Positions 32,994 to 47,397 of a stretch of DNA of 64,000 nt are shown here, one piece after another. How positions within the stretch are numbered: position 1 is the stretch's first letter; each line of letters starts with the position of its first letter. Origin of the DNA: Macrostomum hystrix (taxonomy: Eukaryota > Animalia > Platyhelminthes); contig CATNEN010000025.1 in NCBI GenBank assembly GCA_950097015.1, positions 1,922,001 to 1,986,000 of the forward strand. Direction: 5' to 3'. A program made the position numbers and the translations under genes. A model generated the notes under the pieces. The model saw nothing but the letters and a program-made list of their open reading frames with translations, was not told the origin of the DNA and searched no databases.

Positions 32994-35747
32994 GAATCAG
33001 GTGACGCAGCAGCCGGCTGCTCCGTGGACTGCACCGCCACGCTGGAGCGGCTCGATCCGCGCCTTGGCTCCGTCCTTCACAGTCGCCGCATCGCCGGCTG
33101 CCGTCTGACTATTCAACGCGACTGTCGAGGCGAACTGCGTCTTCGCCTATCGTCGAAATCATTTTCAACCAATCTAGGCGCTAAGGATGTAGTGATCTTC
33201 AAAAAGTTCTGGCGCGAAGGCAAGTGCAGCCTGAAGCTGCCTGGTGAATCCGTCCAGCTGCTGCTGTCCAACTGTCCCATAGACAAGCTGGCCGACTTTC
33301 TCAAGCTGCTGTTTGTGAAGCAGCAGTGCGCAGCGATGCGACACCAGAAACAGCTGACTACTCCCCTGCGCCAGCTGGGCCAGCAGCCGCTGCTGCTGCA
33401 GGCTGAGACTGACGTTAGCCCGGTGTCTGTGGCCGATTTGGCCAACGTCAGAGCCCGGCAGGCTGCCGCAGTAGTCGGCGAGGATGTCCGCGTTGTGCCA
33501 AAGCCGGCATCGACGGCGACTACGCCGCAGCGACTGCAACGCAAGAGGCCAGCCGCTTCAATGCTGCAACTGCCGGGATTTCGACCCGCCGGCGGTACAC
33601 CGCCCAGCTTGAAGGTGCAGGTTATATCCCCATTTTGCTGGGACTGCCTTGATTTCCCTAGTCTGCAAATTCATCCATACCAAGTGTCAGATCCCCAGAT
33701 TTGATCTCCCATCATTCTAGATCAGCACATTGAATCTCCCATAATCCAAGATCCTCTTTAAAAGCCTAGACTTAACTTATTTCTCCCAGGGTCCCCGCCT
33801 GGATCTGCTGTCATCGCCGCTGTCGGGGCCGGGCCAGCAGCCGCTAACCGAGGAGCAGGCAGCCGTGCTAGACGCTGTCCGCAGCGGTCAGTCGATATTC
33901 TACACAGGCTCGGCTGGCACTGGCAAGTCGGTGCTGCTTCAGCGCATTGTCGGCATGCTGCCGCCGGATCGCACCGTGATTTCCGCCAGCACCGGCGTTG
34001 CTGCGTGCCAGATCGGCGGCCAGACTCTGCACAGCTTCGCCGGTGTCGGCGACGGCTCCGGCGGCGTCGAGCGCTGTCTGAGCCGGGCAGCAAGCCGGCC
34101 AGCCGTTGCCGAAGCCTGGCGCCGATGTCGCCACCTGGTAATCGACGAGATCTCCATGGTTGACGCGGAATTCTTCGACTGTCTCGACGCCGTGGCCAGG
34201 ACTCTGAGGCGAAATCACAAAGAGCCATTCGGCGGCATTCAACTGATTCTGTGCGGTGACTTTCTGCAACTTCCGCCTGTGCGTGCCGCCGGCGAATCCG
34301 GCCGACGCTTTGCCTTCGAGTCCAACGCCTGGCAGAAGGCGGTCAAGGTAATTAATTCTTCTGTTTTTGTTCGTAAGAAAGTTGTCAAGTAAAACGGCCC
34401 TTTTTAGGTCCACCATCACACTTCCTTCGTGCTGTTATTTCTCTTCAAGCGTACTAGTATTTGTCCGGCCTTGTCCGGCATTAAACTTCGTAAACTCAGA
34501 TATTTATATTTTAACCTCCCTCTTAATGTAAAACCTTAAAGGTCTATCATTACCCTTTTAAAGTCCACCAAAACACTCTTAGTGCTGTCTTTATTCATTA
34601 ACTCACTACTAACAGCAGAAAAGATAAGATAAGACATAGAAACAAACTATCACGAATTTTTTAAACCACGCCAGGTGACTCTGCAGCTACGTCAGGTGCA
34701 TCGCCAGGCGGATCGCCAGTTTGTGGACCTGCTGACGCACATTCGCTACGGTCGCTGCGAGCCGCGCCACTCCGAGATGCTCCGGGCAACTAGGCGTAAT
34801 CTGGACGATTCCTCGGCTGCCGACAAAGACATTGTGCCGACCCAGCTGTGCACTCACAAGCGTCAAGTTGAGGCTATCAATCAGCATCAGTTGCGCCTAT
34901 TGACAACCGAGTCAGTGCAGTTCGTTGCCAAGGACTCAATGCCGGCTGGACTCAACGCTCTGCTGCCCGGGGTGCCCGAGAAACTGGTGCTGAAGATTGG
35001 CGCTCAGGTAAGTCAATGGATGGCCCTGAATGAAAAATGTCATCTTCTCTAAACCATCACAAATCCCATCTTCCCTTGACCATCACAAATCCCCTCTTCC
35101 CTTATCCATCACAAATCCCCTCTTCCCTTATCCATCATAAATCCCCTCTTCCCATATAATCTTATATCCATCACAAATTACAACTTCCTTAACCATTAGA
35201 AATCCAATATTTCCTTGTCCATAACAAGTCCCGTCTTCCCTGATGTTCCCTAAGCCTTCTTAAATCCGGATTATCATCCCAGAATCTGCCTAACTCATCC
35301 GCGCCACCCACCGTCCAGGTGATGCTCACCCGCAACCTAGACCTGGCTCGCGGTCTGGTGAACGGAGCCCGCGGAGTTGTCACGGGCTTCAGCTCCGAGC
35401 GCGGCAATGTCGGCTGGCCATTGGTTCGATTCGTTGGCGGCCACGAGCGCACGGTGGATCAGCACGAATTCGCTGCGAGGGTGGCTGGCGCCGATGCTCC
35501 GGTGATTAGGCGCCAGGTGCCCCTGCAGCTGGCCTGGGCCATCTCCGTGCACAAGTCGCAGGGCATGACTCTGGACTCCTGCCGGCTCTATGTTAATGAG
35601 GCCTTCGAGGCTGGCCAGGTATACGTGGCCCTGTCCCGCTGTCGCAGTCTGAGCAGTCTCAGCGTGGCCAATTGGGACGCCTCCTGCGTCCGGGCCGACG
35701 AGAGAGTGCTCAACTTCTATCGGCAGCTTCGCGAGTGCTTGGGTTGA
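32994..35747 (+). CDS. PIF1: ATP-dependent DNA helicase PIF1; exons 32994..33614(or 33620), 33790..34347, 34675..35007, 35319..35747
   Basis: PINT-like N-domain (IFKKFWREGKCSL..LLLSNCP..L..FL), TGSAGTGKS, STGVAACQIGGQTLHSFAG, IDEISM, PFGGIQLILCGDFLQLPPV, QVHRQ, LAWAISVHKSQG and GQVYVALSR. All introns phase 0. Confidence 0.95.
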
Positions 35748-36639
35748 AAGTCCCGCTTTGGATAATTCAAAAATCCCAAAAAATCGTTTAAAAAAATCCC
35801 ACTAATTTAAAAATTGAGAAAGTTACTATTTTCTCGGATCAAGTTTGTAAAGTCCCGCTTTTCTAGGTTTTAGTAAGAAAAAAGTCCCGCTTTCGAAGGT
35901 TTCAGTTTGGAAAAGTCCCGCTTTCTGGTGTTTAAGTATGACAAGTTAAGATGTGAGTTACTGTTTTATTTTTACTTATTATCAAGTATCGCGCACTGCG
36001 GCTTTCAATCATACTATTTGCACCACCTCATATATGTATTTAATATGAGTCATGTTTAATTTGTTGCTCAAGTCAATCTTCTATTCATATTTTTTAGTTT
36101 TCATATTCGTTGCTTGTTGTGCCCGGCATTTAATCTTTGTTTAAGCGTGTGCTATTCAACTTTGGCTGTATTTCCATTTTATAATCTCTTCTAATTATCT
36201 CTTTGAAGCAAAAAACGAAAATAATTAATTTGTTATAATCTGCTTTTACATATTATTATTATTTGTTTGTTTTTAATTGTAATAATCTGACAATAGTCAA
36301 AATATACTTTACCTTTATTTTTTAATCACAGGAGGCTGATGCGTTACCTAAAAGTGCATAACGAGTGTGGCTTTGCCTAGTCCTAGCTTCAACCTTCAAT
36401 TGTCTAACAGAAGTGCAATTTCGAGTATATGAGACGCTTCCAATTGTTCAGTGTCTCCCGATTCACTGACTCATAATTCAAGCTGTTGTCAGAGCTGCTT
36501 GAGATGCCGCCTGTCACTTCAGTCTGGAACTTTCAGGCTACACTTGACTCATCCTTTTATGGTCTCTAACATCTTCCTTAGCTCAAAATAAGCCAGAGAA
36601 GAAAAACATTCTTCACTAACCTTCAACAGTCCCCTAGTC

Positions 36640-37490
36640 CCTGAATTCTCCTCTTTTTTCTAACATTTCTCCCCTCTCTTCTTACGTGTCTCCTCTCCCT
36701 GTTCACTTTTGTCCGCATTTCTCCCCCTATCATATTTCTCCCACTTCTCATATTTCCGCTCTCTCTACTCACATTTCCCCCGTCTCTTCCCACATTTCTC
36801 CTATCTATTCCCACATTTCTCTCGTCTCTTCTCACACTTTTCCGTCTCTTCTTACATTTCTCCCGTCTCTTCTCACATTTCTCCCATCTCTTCCCACATT
36901 TCTCCCGTCTCTTCTCACATTTCTTCCATCTCTTCCCACATTTCTCCCGTCTCTTCTTACATTTCTCCCGTCTCTTCTCACATTTCTCCCATCTCTTCCC
37001 ACATTTCTCCCGTCTCTTCTCACATTTCTTCCATATCTTCCCACATTTCTCCCGTCTCTTCTCACATTTCTTCCATCTCTTCTCACATCTCTTCCATCTC
37101 TTCTCACATCTCTTCCATCTCTTCTCACATTTCTCCCATCTCTTCTCAAACTTTTCCCGTCTCTTCCCACATTTCTTCTATCTATTCCCACATTTCTCCT
37201 GTCTCTTCTCACATTTCTCTCATCGTTTCCCACATTTCTCCCATCTCTTCCCACATTTCTCCCGTCTCTTCTCACATTTCTCCTGTCTCTTCTCACATTT
37301 CTTTTATATTTTCTCACATTTCTCCAATCTTTTCCCACATTTCTCCCGTCTCTTCTCACATTTCTCCCGTCTCTTCTCACATTTCTCCCGTCTCTTCTCA
37401 CATTTCTCCCGTCTCTTCTCACATTTCTCCCGTCTCTTCCCACATTTATCCCATCTCTTCTCACATTTTTCCCTCTTCGCCTTTCTCATC
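36640..37490. repeat. 21-bp pyrimidine-rich minisatellite (TTCTCACATTTCTCCCGTCTC)
   Basis: About 40 units; source of the LLTFLPS and RRDGRNV ORFs. Confidence 0.93.
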
Positions 37491-38237
37491 ATTTCATAAC
37501 ATTATTACACCCTACATCATAGTTTTTCTGCTGTCCCATGCACTTCCCACTTAGCTTCCTACTTCTCATCTCCTCGTCCCCATTATCCATATTCCAACTT
37601 CATCATTTATTAACCTCTCTGGGTCTCTTTTTTGTTGAACGCAGCCGATTTTCCCAAGTAGTTCAGTGAAGGTGTTTCTGATTCTGTAGACACGGTCGAT
37701 AGCACTCTGCTTGGAACTGAGAATATATATTTTCTACTTCAAGACTTTTGCCGAGTGAAGTGCGATTGTACGGACGGCTGACTACTATTCTTTCCTTCTC
37801 TCTCGTCTCTCCTTTGCAGCATCTTTCACACCCAGTCGCCTCTTTTTTACCGCCCCTTGTCTTGCCGCGGTTGGCAAGGCGATCGCCATTGGTTTAAATG
37901 AGACGGTGGCAGCTGGCCCACCTGCTTAAACTAGAAGAAAAGAAGCCAAAGAAACTGATGGAGGCTTTTGTAAGGCCGAGTAGAAGAGCATTAGAACGGG
38001 GTAAATTAAAACACACGCAGACATACACACAAGACGGCCCCACAATCTCGGCTAGTTCTCTCCTATTACTAAACAATCCTTTCTAATAACCCCCCAAACC
38101 TCGGCAAGTAGACGTCATTGCAGTACAATATAAGCCAGCTGTAGAAGAGAATTACAGCTACAAAAAACGGTCTGCTGAGTTGAGCAGGTAGCTGAATTAA
38201 AAAAGTCATAGATTTAACAAACGGAAAGAACACAGAC

Positions 38238-39739
38238 ATGTCTGACAATCAGGAAGAGAAGGACCAACCGCAGGAGGATAAGAAGGATCAGCAGCAGCAG
38301 CAGCAGGATAAGAAAGAGGATGAGCAAGACAAGAAGCAGAAGAACGAGGGCGAGGGCGAGAATTCGTCGCCAACGCCACGGCCTTCGAAGTCAAGGCACA
38401 ACAAGCTCTATCGAACTCCTCCCACGCCCGAGCCAGAAGTCATGCTGATTCGGGAGAGCTCCTTCGTGCTGGACTCTCGCGTGGTGGCCTCCATCTCTGA
38501 GGATTATTCGCGCGCCAATCCCAAGGTGGGCTCGGCGCTGCCGCCCTACAATTCACAGAAGGACGGCCACGTGAAGGCCTACTTTAAGTTCACCGGAGTG
38601 ACCGAGACACTGAGGAAGAACAAGCAGGTTGGGTGCCAGTCCATTGACACCTGGATGTCTATAGAAAATGTTTCTTTTTCGATTCGCGATCCCTGAAAAG
38701 TGAAGCTAAAGAGTTAATACTAAAAATTCGGCTCTTGGCTAATGGAACAGATTTTCTGTGAATCTGAATTGCCGTGAATCAGGATTTCTACGAGTATAAA
38801 TAGGAATTTCTGTAAGGTAGGGGTTTTTGTGAATCTTGATTTTCTGTTAATCAGGATTTCAGCGAATCAAGATTTCCGTGAATCAGGATTTCCGTGAATC
38901 GGGACTTCCGTGAATCAGGATTTCAGCGAATCGTGATTACCGTGAATCAGGATTTCAGTGAATTGTGATTTCCATGAATCAGGATTTCAGTGAATCGGGA
39001 TTTCTGCGAGTAGGAATTTCGAAAAGTTAGGATCCAACTGAGAACTTTTATGTCCATAGAATTCATTGAGAAGCTTTTGCACCTGTCACCGCAACAACTC
39101 TCAGGAGCCGCCGGGCACCTGTATCGAAGGCGCCCCTATTGAACGATTTTTCACCTCCGGTCACGGCAGCAAGTACCTGACGCCGAGAAATGAGCTGAAG
39201 GCCAATGGGCGCTCACAGGCAAATGGTGAGACTGTAGTGGCACTTTGTTGATACCAATGACCGGGGCTGTTTACTGACGCATTCATTTGGCGACATTTGA
39301 CCTGCAGCCAGTGAGGAGGCAATTCTGCCCATTCCATTAATCTAATCGCCTTAATTCTTCTCTCTGTGGCTTCATCCCAAATTAATGCGGCATCTCTGCG
39401 GATTCGAACTCAGGACCTTGGTACAAACTTATCCACTCCGCCACTCCTCCACCTCTGAACTCCTCCTGCGGAGGAAATAAGAATATTCGACTTGCAGATG
39501 GAAAGTTGAACTTGATCTTGATAATTTATACACGGAACAACACGCCAGGCTACTCAAATGAGGAGCGCATGGGCCATGGCAAGCTGTGGCAGCACCCGAA
39601 TCCGGAACTGGCCAAATACGATTTGACACCGCGCGAGTTCCAGGGCTACAATGGCCGCTTCGGCTATCGGCGCACAACGCCTGGCCTGCGCGAGAAGCCG
39701 TCGCCGTTTGGCGTTGGTACGAAAACGCACATCTATTAA
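38238..39739 (+). CDS. C17orf98/SPMAP1-like ciliary/sperm microtubule-associated protein; exons 38238..38627, 39105..39225, 39549..39739
   Basis: RESSFVLDSRVV..DYSRANPKVGSALPPYNSQKDGHVKAYF and GYNGRFGYRRTTPGLR..SPFG resemble human C17orf98 as recalled. Intron phases (0, 1) are consistent. Confidence 0.75.
38765..39010. repeat. ~16-bp minisatellite (GTGAATCAGGATTTCC) in intron 1 of the SPMAP1-like gene
   Basis: About 14 degenerate units. Confidence 0.8.
39270..39450 (-). mobile_element. SINE family B, internally shortened copy
   Basis: - strand A box TGGCGGAGTGG and B box GAGTTCGAATCC; shares GCAGCCAGTGAGGAGGCAATTCTGCCC with 9810-9835. Confidence 0.55.
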
Positions 39740-41094
39740 AAGTACAAAAAGTCGGCCAATTAACAGGACAGATAAATACTTTATCAAGTATTTTCGTTTT
39801 TTTCTGACAAAATAAAATTTGTACATCTGACTTCGTAGACTGTTAAAAATTATCATTGGGAACTTTTCTACAATGGGCAATATTAGAGCAACGAACAATG
39901 GGCTAGCAAACACTTCTTGGGTGAATCAAAAAAATAACCATACAGTAGTTGCTTTAGTACAACAGATAGTTTTGTGTTTTATTATCTAGTAACGTGTTCT
40001 CACTATCACGGACACTTCTCTTAACTTGTAACTTATCATTTTTTCCTAATAAAGTAATTTGTTCACAAAAGATAAAATAAATGTAACTCTCTGCCAAAAC
40101 CTACTCTCTGAAAATTTGAGAAATTTTATTTAATAAAAAGATAATTTATTGACACACAAGTTAGTAGCACTAACTAAAAATGTATTTTTTAACTACGAGC
40201 AAAATTTAGTTTAAACATAAAATCATCTGTATAAAATATGAAATAAATAATTTCTTTCGACGCTTTAATGGATCAACTTTAGCACCGATTGTTAATAAGT
40301 AAATATAAAACCAATTTTTAAATAAAAGAACGGCTATTGTTAATGAAAATCTAGATTAATAAAGTTTATCACAGTACTGACGGAAGCATAGACACCATTG
40401 TATATATAGTATATAGAATCTGTTTACATTTACATGCACAATCTAAAAATATACCTAAAAGTACACGACACAAAAATAGAAGACAGAAATGACACCTCAG
40501 CCAGTGGCTGACCTGTCAATTAGGAATTCAAAACTCTACTACTGGGCTAGGAATTTCATTAACTCGGATATCATAAAAGCCAACTTAAACAATAGAAAAT
40601 TATAATAAGCAGAGCAGGAAGAATCACAAGCAAGGTAGCAATATGTTACACAGCTTTGATTGTCTCAAACGCACCGCAAGCAACCGCATGCTTACTCAAT
40701 AATACAAAAAATATTGTGAAGAAAATTTTTCAAAAATTTCTATTTTAAAAGTTAAATATAAAAATTTGTAAGAATGATTCTGAATATTGGCACCAAAACA
40801 GTAGTATAAAGAGTATACGTGATATTCCGTATATATATATCGGATTCTAAAAAATACTATTGATTTTTTGATACATAAATTAGTAACAAAGATTAATCAG
40901 TAATCGTTTCACCCAGAAATCTATAATGGAAGCGCAAGAAATAAATGTATAAACTAAAATAGCAATACAGAGATGGTATATGAAAAAATGAAAAATCATC
41001 ACTAATCCAGCAATTTTTGCTTATCGTTGAAAACCGAAAAAAGGAAGCGCTAATAAGAAATATTATATCAGATGTCACAGGTGAGAGAAGATAG

Positions 41095-41350
41095 GTCAGA
41101 AGGGACTGGTGTTAATAGACAGGTCACAATGGACAGGGGATAATAGACAGGTCACAAGGGACAGGCGATTATAGACAGGTCACAAGGGACAGGCGATTAT
41201 AGACAGGTCACAAGGGACAGGCGATTATAGACAGGTCACAAGGGACAGGGGATAATAGACAGGTCACAAGGGACAGGGGATAATAGACAGGTCACAAGGG
41301 ACAGGCGATTATAGACAGGTCACAAGGGACAGGAGATAATAGATGACAGG
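41095..41350. repeat. 28-bp minisatellite (TTATAGACAGGTCACAAGGGACAGGCGA) just 3' of ABI
   Basis: Period of 28 visible at 41161 and 41189. Confidence 0.88.
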
Positions 41351-41426
41351 TGACCCGCCTTAGTAAAGCACCAGAAGTCTAGAACAATCGAGAATCAACA
41401 AGTCTGCAAAGGCATTTCCGGGAAAA

Positions 41427-43076
<1,650 letters not shown>

Positions 43077-43109
43077 TCTCTTGAATGTTCTGGATTGCAC
43101 TGCAACGAG

Positions 43110-43410
43110 AATTGGATGAAATCCGAGGATCTGATACAGGCAAGGGGTCTGAGATGGGAATGGGGATCTTGGATGAAATCTGAGGATCTGATACAGGCAA
43201 GGGGTCTGAAATGGGAATGGGGATCTTGGATGAAATCTGAGGATCTGATACAGGCAAGGGGTTTCTGAGATGGGAATGGGGATCTTGGATGAAATCTGAG
43301 GATCTGATACAGGCAAGGGGTTTCTGAGATGGGAATGGGGATCTTGGATGAAATCTGAGGATCTGATACAGGCAAGGGGTTTCTGAGATGGGAATCTGAG
43401 GATCTGGATC
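43110..43410. repeat. ~60-bp tandem repeat immediately upstream of the ABI start
   Basis: TTGGATGAAATCTGAGGATCTGATACAGGCAAGGGG.. about 5 units; explains the spurious N-terminal extension of ORF 42270-43316. Confidence 0.88.
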
Positions 43411-43942
43411 TACGTGATTAAGACTGACGATCAGGGATTGAGAAGGATCTCGAGCAGGCATGTTATTGAGAATGAAGATCCTTAATTGACAATTGGGATA
43501 ATGGTGGGGAAGACTGGGGCGGGGAGTAATTGAGAATCGAGCTGGGGACCTAGGGTTAGACTACAAAAATTTCGCAATAAAATAAGAAGGCAGAAAGTCT
43601 GCAAGCAAAACTTCACTGACACCGCAACTTGGCCAACAGTTGCACAACAAAATGCAGCGGTGCGTCATCTACGATCTATGAATTATCTCTTATTTCATAG
43701 CGAGGACGCCATATATTAGTTTTGTTTAAACTACGCCTTCGGAGAAAAGCATAGAAAGGATGATGGCACCAGCGAGAGAATGCATTAAAAAATACGCTTC
43801 ACACCCACATCAAACACTTGCGAAACAGCTTTTTTGTTTAAAATCGTACTTTCCCCGTAACGTTCTCTCCTACTTTAAGTAGGCAAACTAGAATTAATTT
43901 TATTGGATCAGCGTCTCGAACACCTTTGTTAGAGGAATCTTC

Positions 43943-46071
43943 TCAAATCATCTCCCTGAGCAGTCCGTTGATGTACTCATCCCTGCTGCAGTTTAATCGT
44001 TTCCTGCGTCGCTCAGTTTTGAGCTGATCGGCGTTGTCGCCACGATAGCGAGCCTCGGCTTTGCCCCAGCCGCCTAGAGGGGCGCGCAGTCGAATCGGAG
44101 CCAAAAAACTGGCCGCCTGAACAAATGCCGGGCCGCAGGTGGCCAACTCGTGTACCAGATCTTCAATGCACAGCAGGCCGTACTTGCCTAGGGCCGATTC
44201 CACGGCGGCATTGTCAGTGATTGGCTTCGGATGGCTGGCATCGTCAGTCTGGCAGGCCCGGCCGCGCTTGTACACCAGCTCGCGAATCGAGCGCATATCC
44301 GGTGCGCCCCAGGCTACAAACGGATCCAATAGGCGCAGCACAGCCAGGCAGGCTGGTGTGGGCTTAGCAAACACGGCCGTGTTTAGCCGGCTCAGACGGA
44401 ACAGGCGCAGCGCTTTGACTAGGCGAGGATCGATGCCGGCAGAACGGCCGCGGCAGCGTACAATCAGGAGTGGCCGATCTGCTACGGGCCTCGGGTCAGC
44501 GCTCTCCGCTGACGGACTGGACAGAGTGGCCGTAGGGGGCAGCGGCTCCGGCCCAGGTCGAAGCATCAGGCGATTGAGCCTGCTCGTGTCACGGTCCTGT
44601 CGATCGGCAGGAGGGGGGTTGCGAGTGCCAGGTAAATGAAACTCATTCTAGGAAAGATGGCTAGACAGCGCACGATGGCCGAATAGTTAGACAGGCATGT
44701 ATTCAAAACATCATCAAAACATTCATATGAAATCATGACAGAGAAATCAGAGGCGGAAAGACAAGACAGACGGACATTCAAGACAGACGGACATTCAAGA
44801 CAGACAGACATTCAAGACAGACAGACATTCAAGACAGACGGACATTTAAGACAGACGGACATTCAAGACAGACGGACATTCAAGACAGACGGACATTCAA
44901 GACAGATGGACATTTTTTTACTTATTTGCAGGGGGCTGGGGCACTTGACGCACAAGCGCAGGAACGGCATGCCCCCAGGCCGGCGAACTAGGCGGGAGTC
45001 GCCCATCGCGCTATCTAGACCTCTGAACACAGGCACCTCACACACAGCAGCAAGCCAAGCGGGGAAGGGGGCGGCAGCCGAAGTGCCTCTCACCCCAGGC
45101 CCGCACACGCACAGAGCAGATCAAAACAGGGGAGGTCTTAGATGCCTAAAGGGTATGGACGAGAGTACACATTAATGCACAACCGCCCCACCACCCATAC
45201 AACGCCTCACACCCGGCCTAATGCACAAACACAAACACAAACAAGCAGACATGCAGAAGGCAGGGGTTAAGCTATTTTAAATTAGCTTTGGTTGCACAGA
45301 ATAAGGTGCATCTCCGCAAGTCACTACTTCGCAAACATCCAACTAAGCCCCGAAATAATCGTGACTTGGAGGGAGGAACGAACCAGCGACTATTGGAAAG
45401 TGAGGCAGCGACATTAGCCGCTGACGCACTCACAGACAGACGGACATTCAAGACGGACGGACATTCAAGACAGACGGACATTCAAGACAGACAGACATTC
45501 AAGACAGACGGACATTCAAGACAGACGGACATTCAAGACAGACGGACATTCAAGACGGACGGACATTCAAGACAGACGGACATTCAAGACAGACGGACAT
45601 TCAAGACAGACAGACATTCAAGACAGACGGACATTCAAGACAGACAGACATTCAAGACAGACGGACATTCAAGACAGACAGACATTCAAGACAGACAGAC
45701 ATTCAAGACAGACATTCAAGACAGACAGACATTCAAGACAGACGGACATTCAAGACAGACGGACATTCAAGACAGAAATATATTCAAGACAGACAGATAT
45801 GACAGCCACGACAAACAGGTAAACACTCAAATCAGACTGGGCATGAATACAGATGCAGTGAGCTGACCTTCAGCCTGCCCAGCTTGACCAGTCGCTCAAT
45901 GCGCACAAAGCACTCTTTGGTCTTCTTAGTCCGCAGTCGCCGAGCCTGTCGCCTGTCCGCAGCCTGCTGACGGGCGTGGGTCGAGCGCGCCTCCATGGCG
46001 GCTTTGCGCCGTTTTAAAAGTGTCTCCTGCACGGTGGGCAGAGCCCCCGGCCTTCGCTTGGTGCCAGCCAT
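43943..46071 (-). CDS. Ribosomal protein uL30/L7-like (RPL7L1/Rlp7-type); exons 46071..45868 and 44596..43943 (285 aa)
   Basis: LPTVQETLLKRRK, LLIVRCRG, LRLFRLSRLNTAVF, DPFVAWGAP..IRELVYKRG, ITDNAAVESALGKYGLLCIEDLVHE and REDYIN-like SRDEYINGLL. Divergence suggests the L7-like paralog. Confidence 0.85.
44755..45790. repeat. 17-bp minisatellite (GACAGACGGACATTCAA) in two blocks (~44755-44907, ~45435-45790) in the RPL7-like intron
   Basis: 17-aa periodicity in the ORFs; blocks are separated by ~525 bp of unrelated sequence. Confidence 0.9.
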
Positions 46072-46714
46072 GCTGATTGGGTGAGCTACTATTGGCCGAA
46101 GGCTTAGTTAGCGACAGATGATTGGCTGCAAGGGTGAGGAAGGCTTTCTTAAAGTGATTTTCAATTTACTTAAAAAGGAACAATGAGATACTGCATGTAC
46201 AGAATGAAATTCATTGTACTTTCCACAAAAACTTAAATACGAAACAGTCTCCGAAGCACAGAAGACACCTGTGCTTATTTTGCATATATACTTTTAAAAG
46301 CAAAACAAAAGTACAAACACAAACAGAAGGCATAAAAAGTAATATGCAGCTGAATAAATCTTAAAAAATCCAAAACATGGATAATCTGCATAAATAATAT
46401 CTGGTCAGCAAGCCATTATCCAGATCAACAACACCGAACACCGCACAAACGATGAGTACACAGCAGCTGAGCATTATTTTTGGCCGTAAATGAGAACAAT
46501 AATGACATAAAGCAGAGATTTAAAGCTAAGAAAATACTTAACTAGATTAAACTAGCAAGTATGCAAATGTACTTTTTAAGGTAGCCAAAACCGTAACAAA
46601 AAACTGAATGATAAGGTGTGCAAAATCAACAAGTGAGTTAGAGAAAGCAGGCGGACAAGAAGACATTTGTAGACATTGTGTACTATTGTCAGGTGGAGAA
46701 CTCGGTAGGCAAAG

Positions 46715-47282
46715 AAGTAGATAGAGAAGTAGATTCGGTAGACAGAAAAGTATATAGAGAAGTTGAGTCGGTAGACAGAAAAGCATATAGAGAAGTAGAG
46801 TCGGTATACAGAGAAGTTGAGTCGGTAGACAGAAGTAGAGTCAGTTGACAGAGAAGTAGTCGGTTGACAGAGAAGTAGTCGGTTGACAGAGAAGCAGAGT
46901 CGGTAGATATAGAAGTAGAGTCGGTAGAAAAAGAAGTAGAGTCGGTAGATATAGAAGTAGAGTCGGTAGAAATAGAAGTAGAGTCGGTAGAAATAGAAGT
47001 AGAGTCAGTAGAAATAGAAGTAGAGTCGGTAGACATAGAAGTAAAGTCGGTAGAAATAGAAGTAGAGTCGGTAGAAATAGAAGTAGAGTCAGTAGAAATA
47101 GAAGTAGAGTCAGTAGAAATAGAAGTAGAGTCGGTAGACATAGAAGTAAAGTCGGTAGAAATAGAAGTAGAGTCGGTAGAAATAGAAGTAGAGTCAGTAG
47201 AAATAGAAGTAGAGTCTGTAGAAATAGAAGTAGAGTCGGTAGACATAGAAGTAGAGTCGGTAGAAATAGAAGTAGAGTCGAA
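46715..47282. repeat. 21-bp purine-rich minisatellite (AGAAGTAGAGTCGGTAGAAAT) between YIPF6 and the RPL7-like gene
   Basis: About 27 units; source of the STDSTSI ORF. Confidence 0.92.
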
Positions 47283-47397
47283 GAAGAACAATAGAAAAGT
47301 ACAGTTAAACAGCAAAACCGTCAATTGAAAAATCTAAACAAGACAGTGCAAAGCAGGAATGTTCGGACGATAACAAGTGAATCTCAGTTGTCCCTCA

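Noticed and set aside
32994-35747. Host PIF1 as the source of the Helitron helicase in this window
   Set aside because: The Helitron fragment has Helitron-type motifs (FAMTINKAQGQS, FSHGQLYVACSRV) distinct from the host gene (WAISVHKSQG, FEAGQVYVALSR) and no nucleotide similarity was seen; proximity is likely coincidental.
36686-37554. Long ORFs from minisatellites (also 8288-9081, 45288-45866, 46689-47324, 56804-58414, 59175-59808)
   Set aside because: These are multi-frame open readings produced by stop-free tandem units, not supported as genes.
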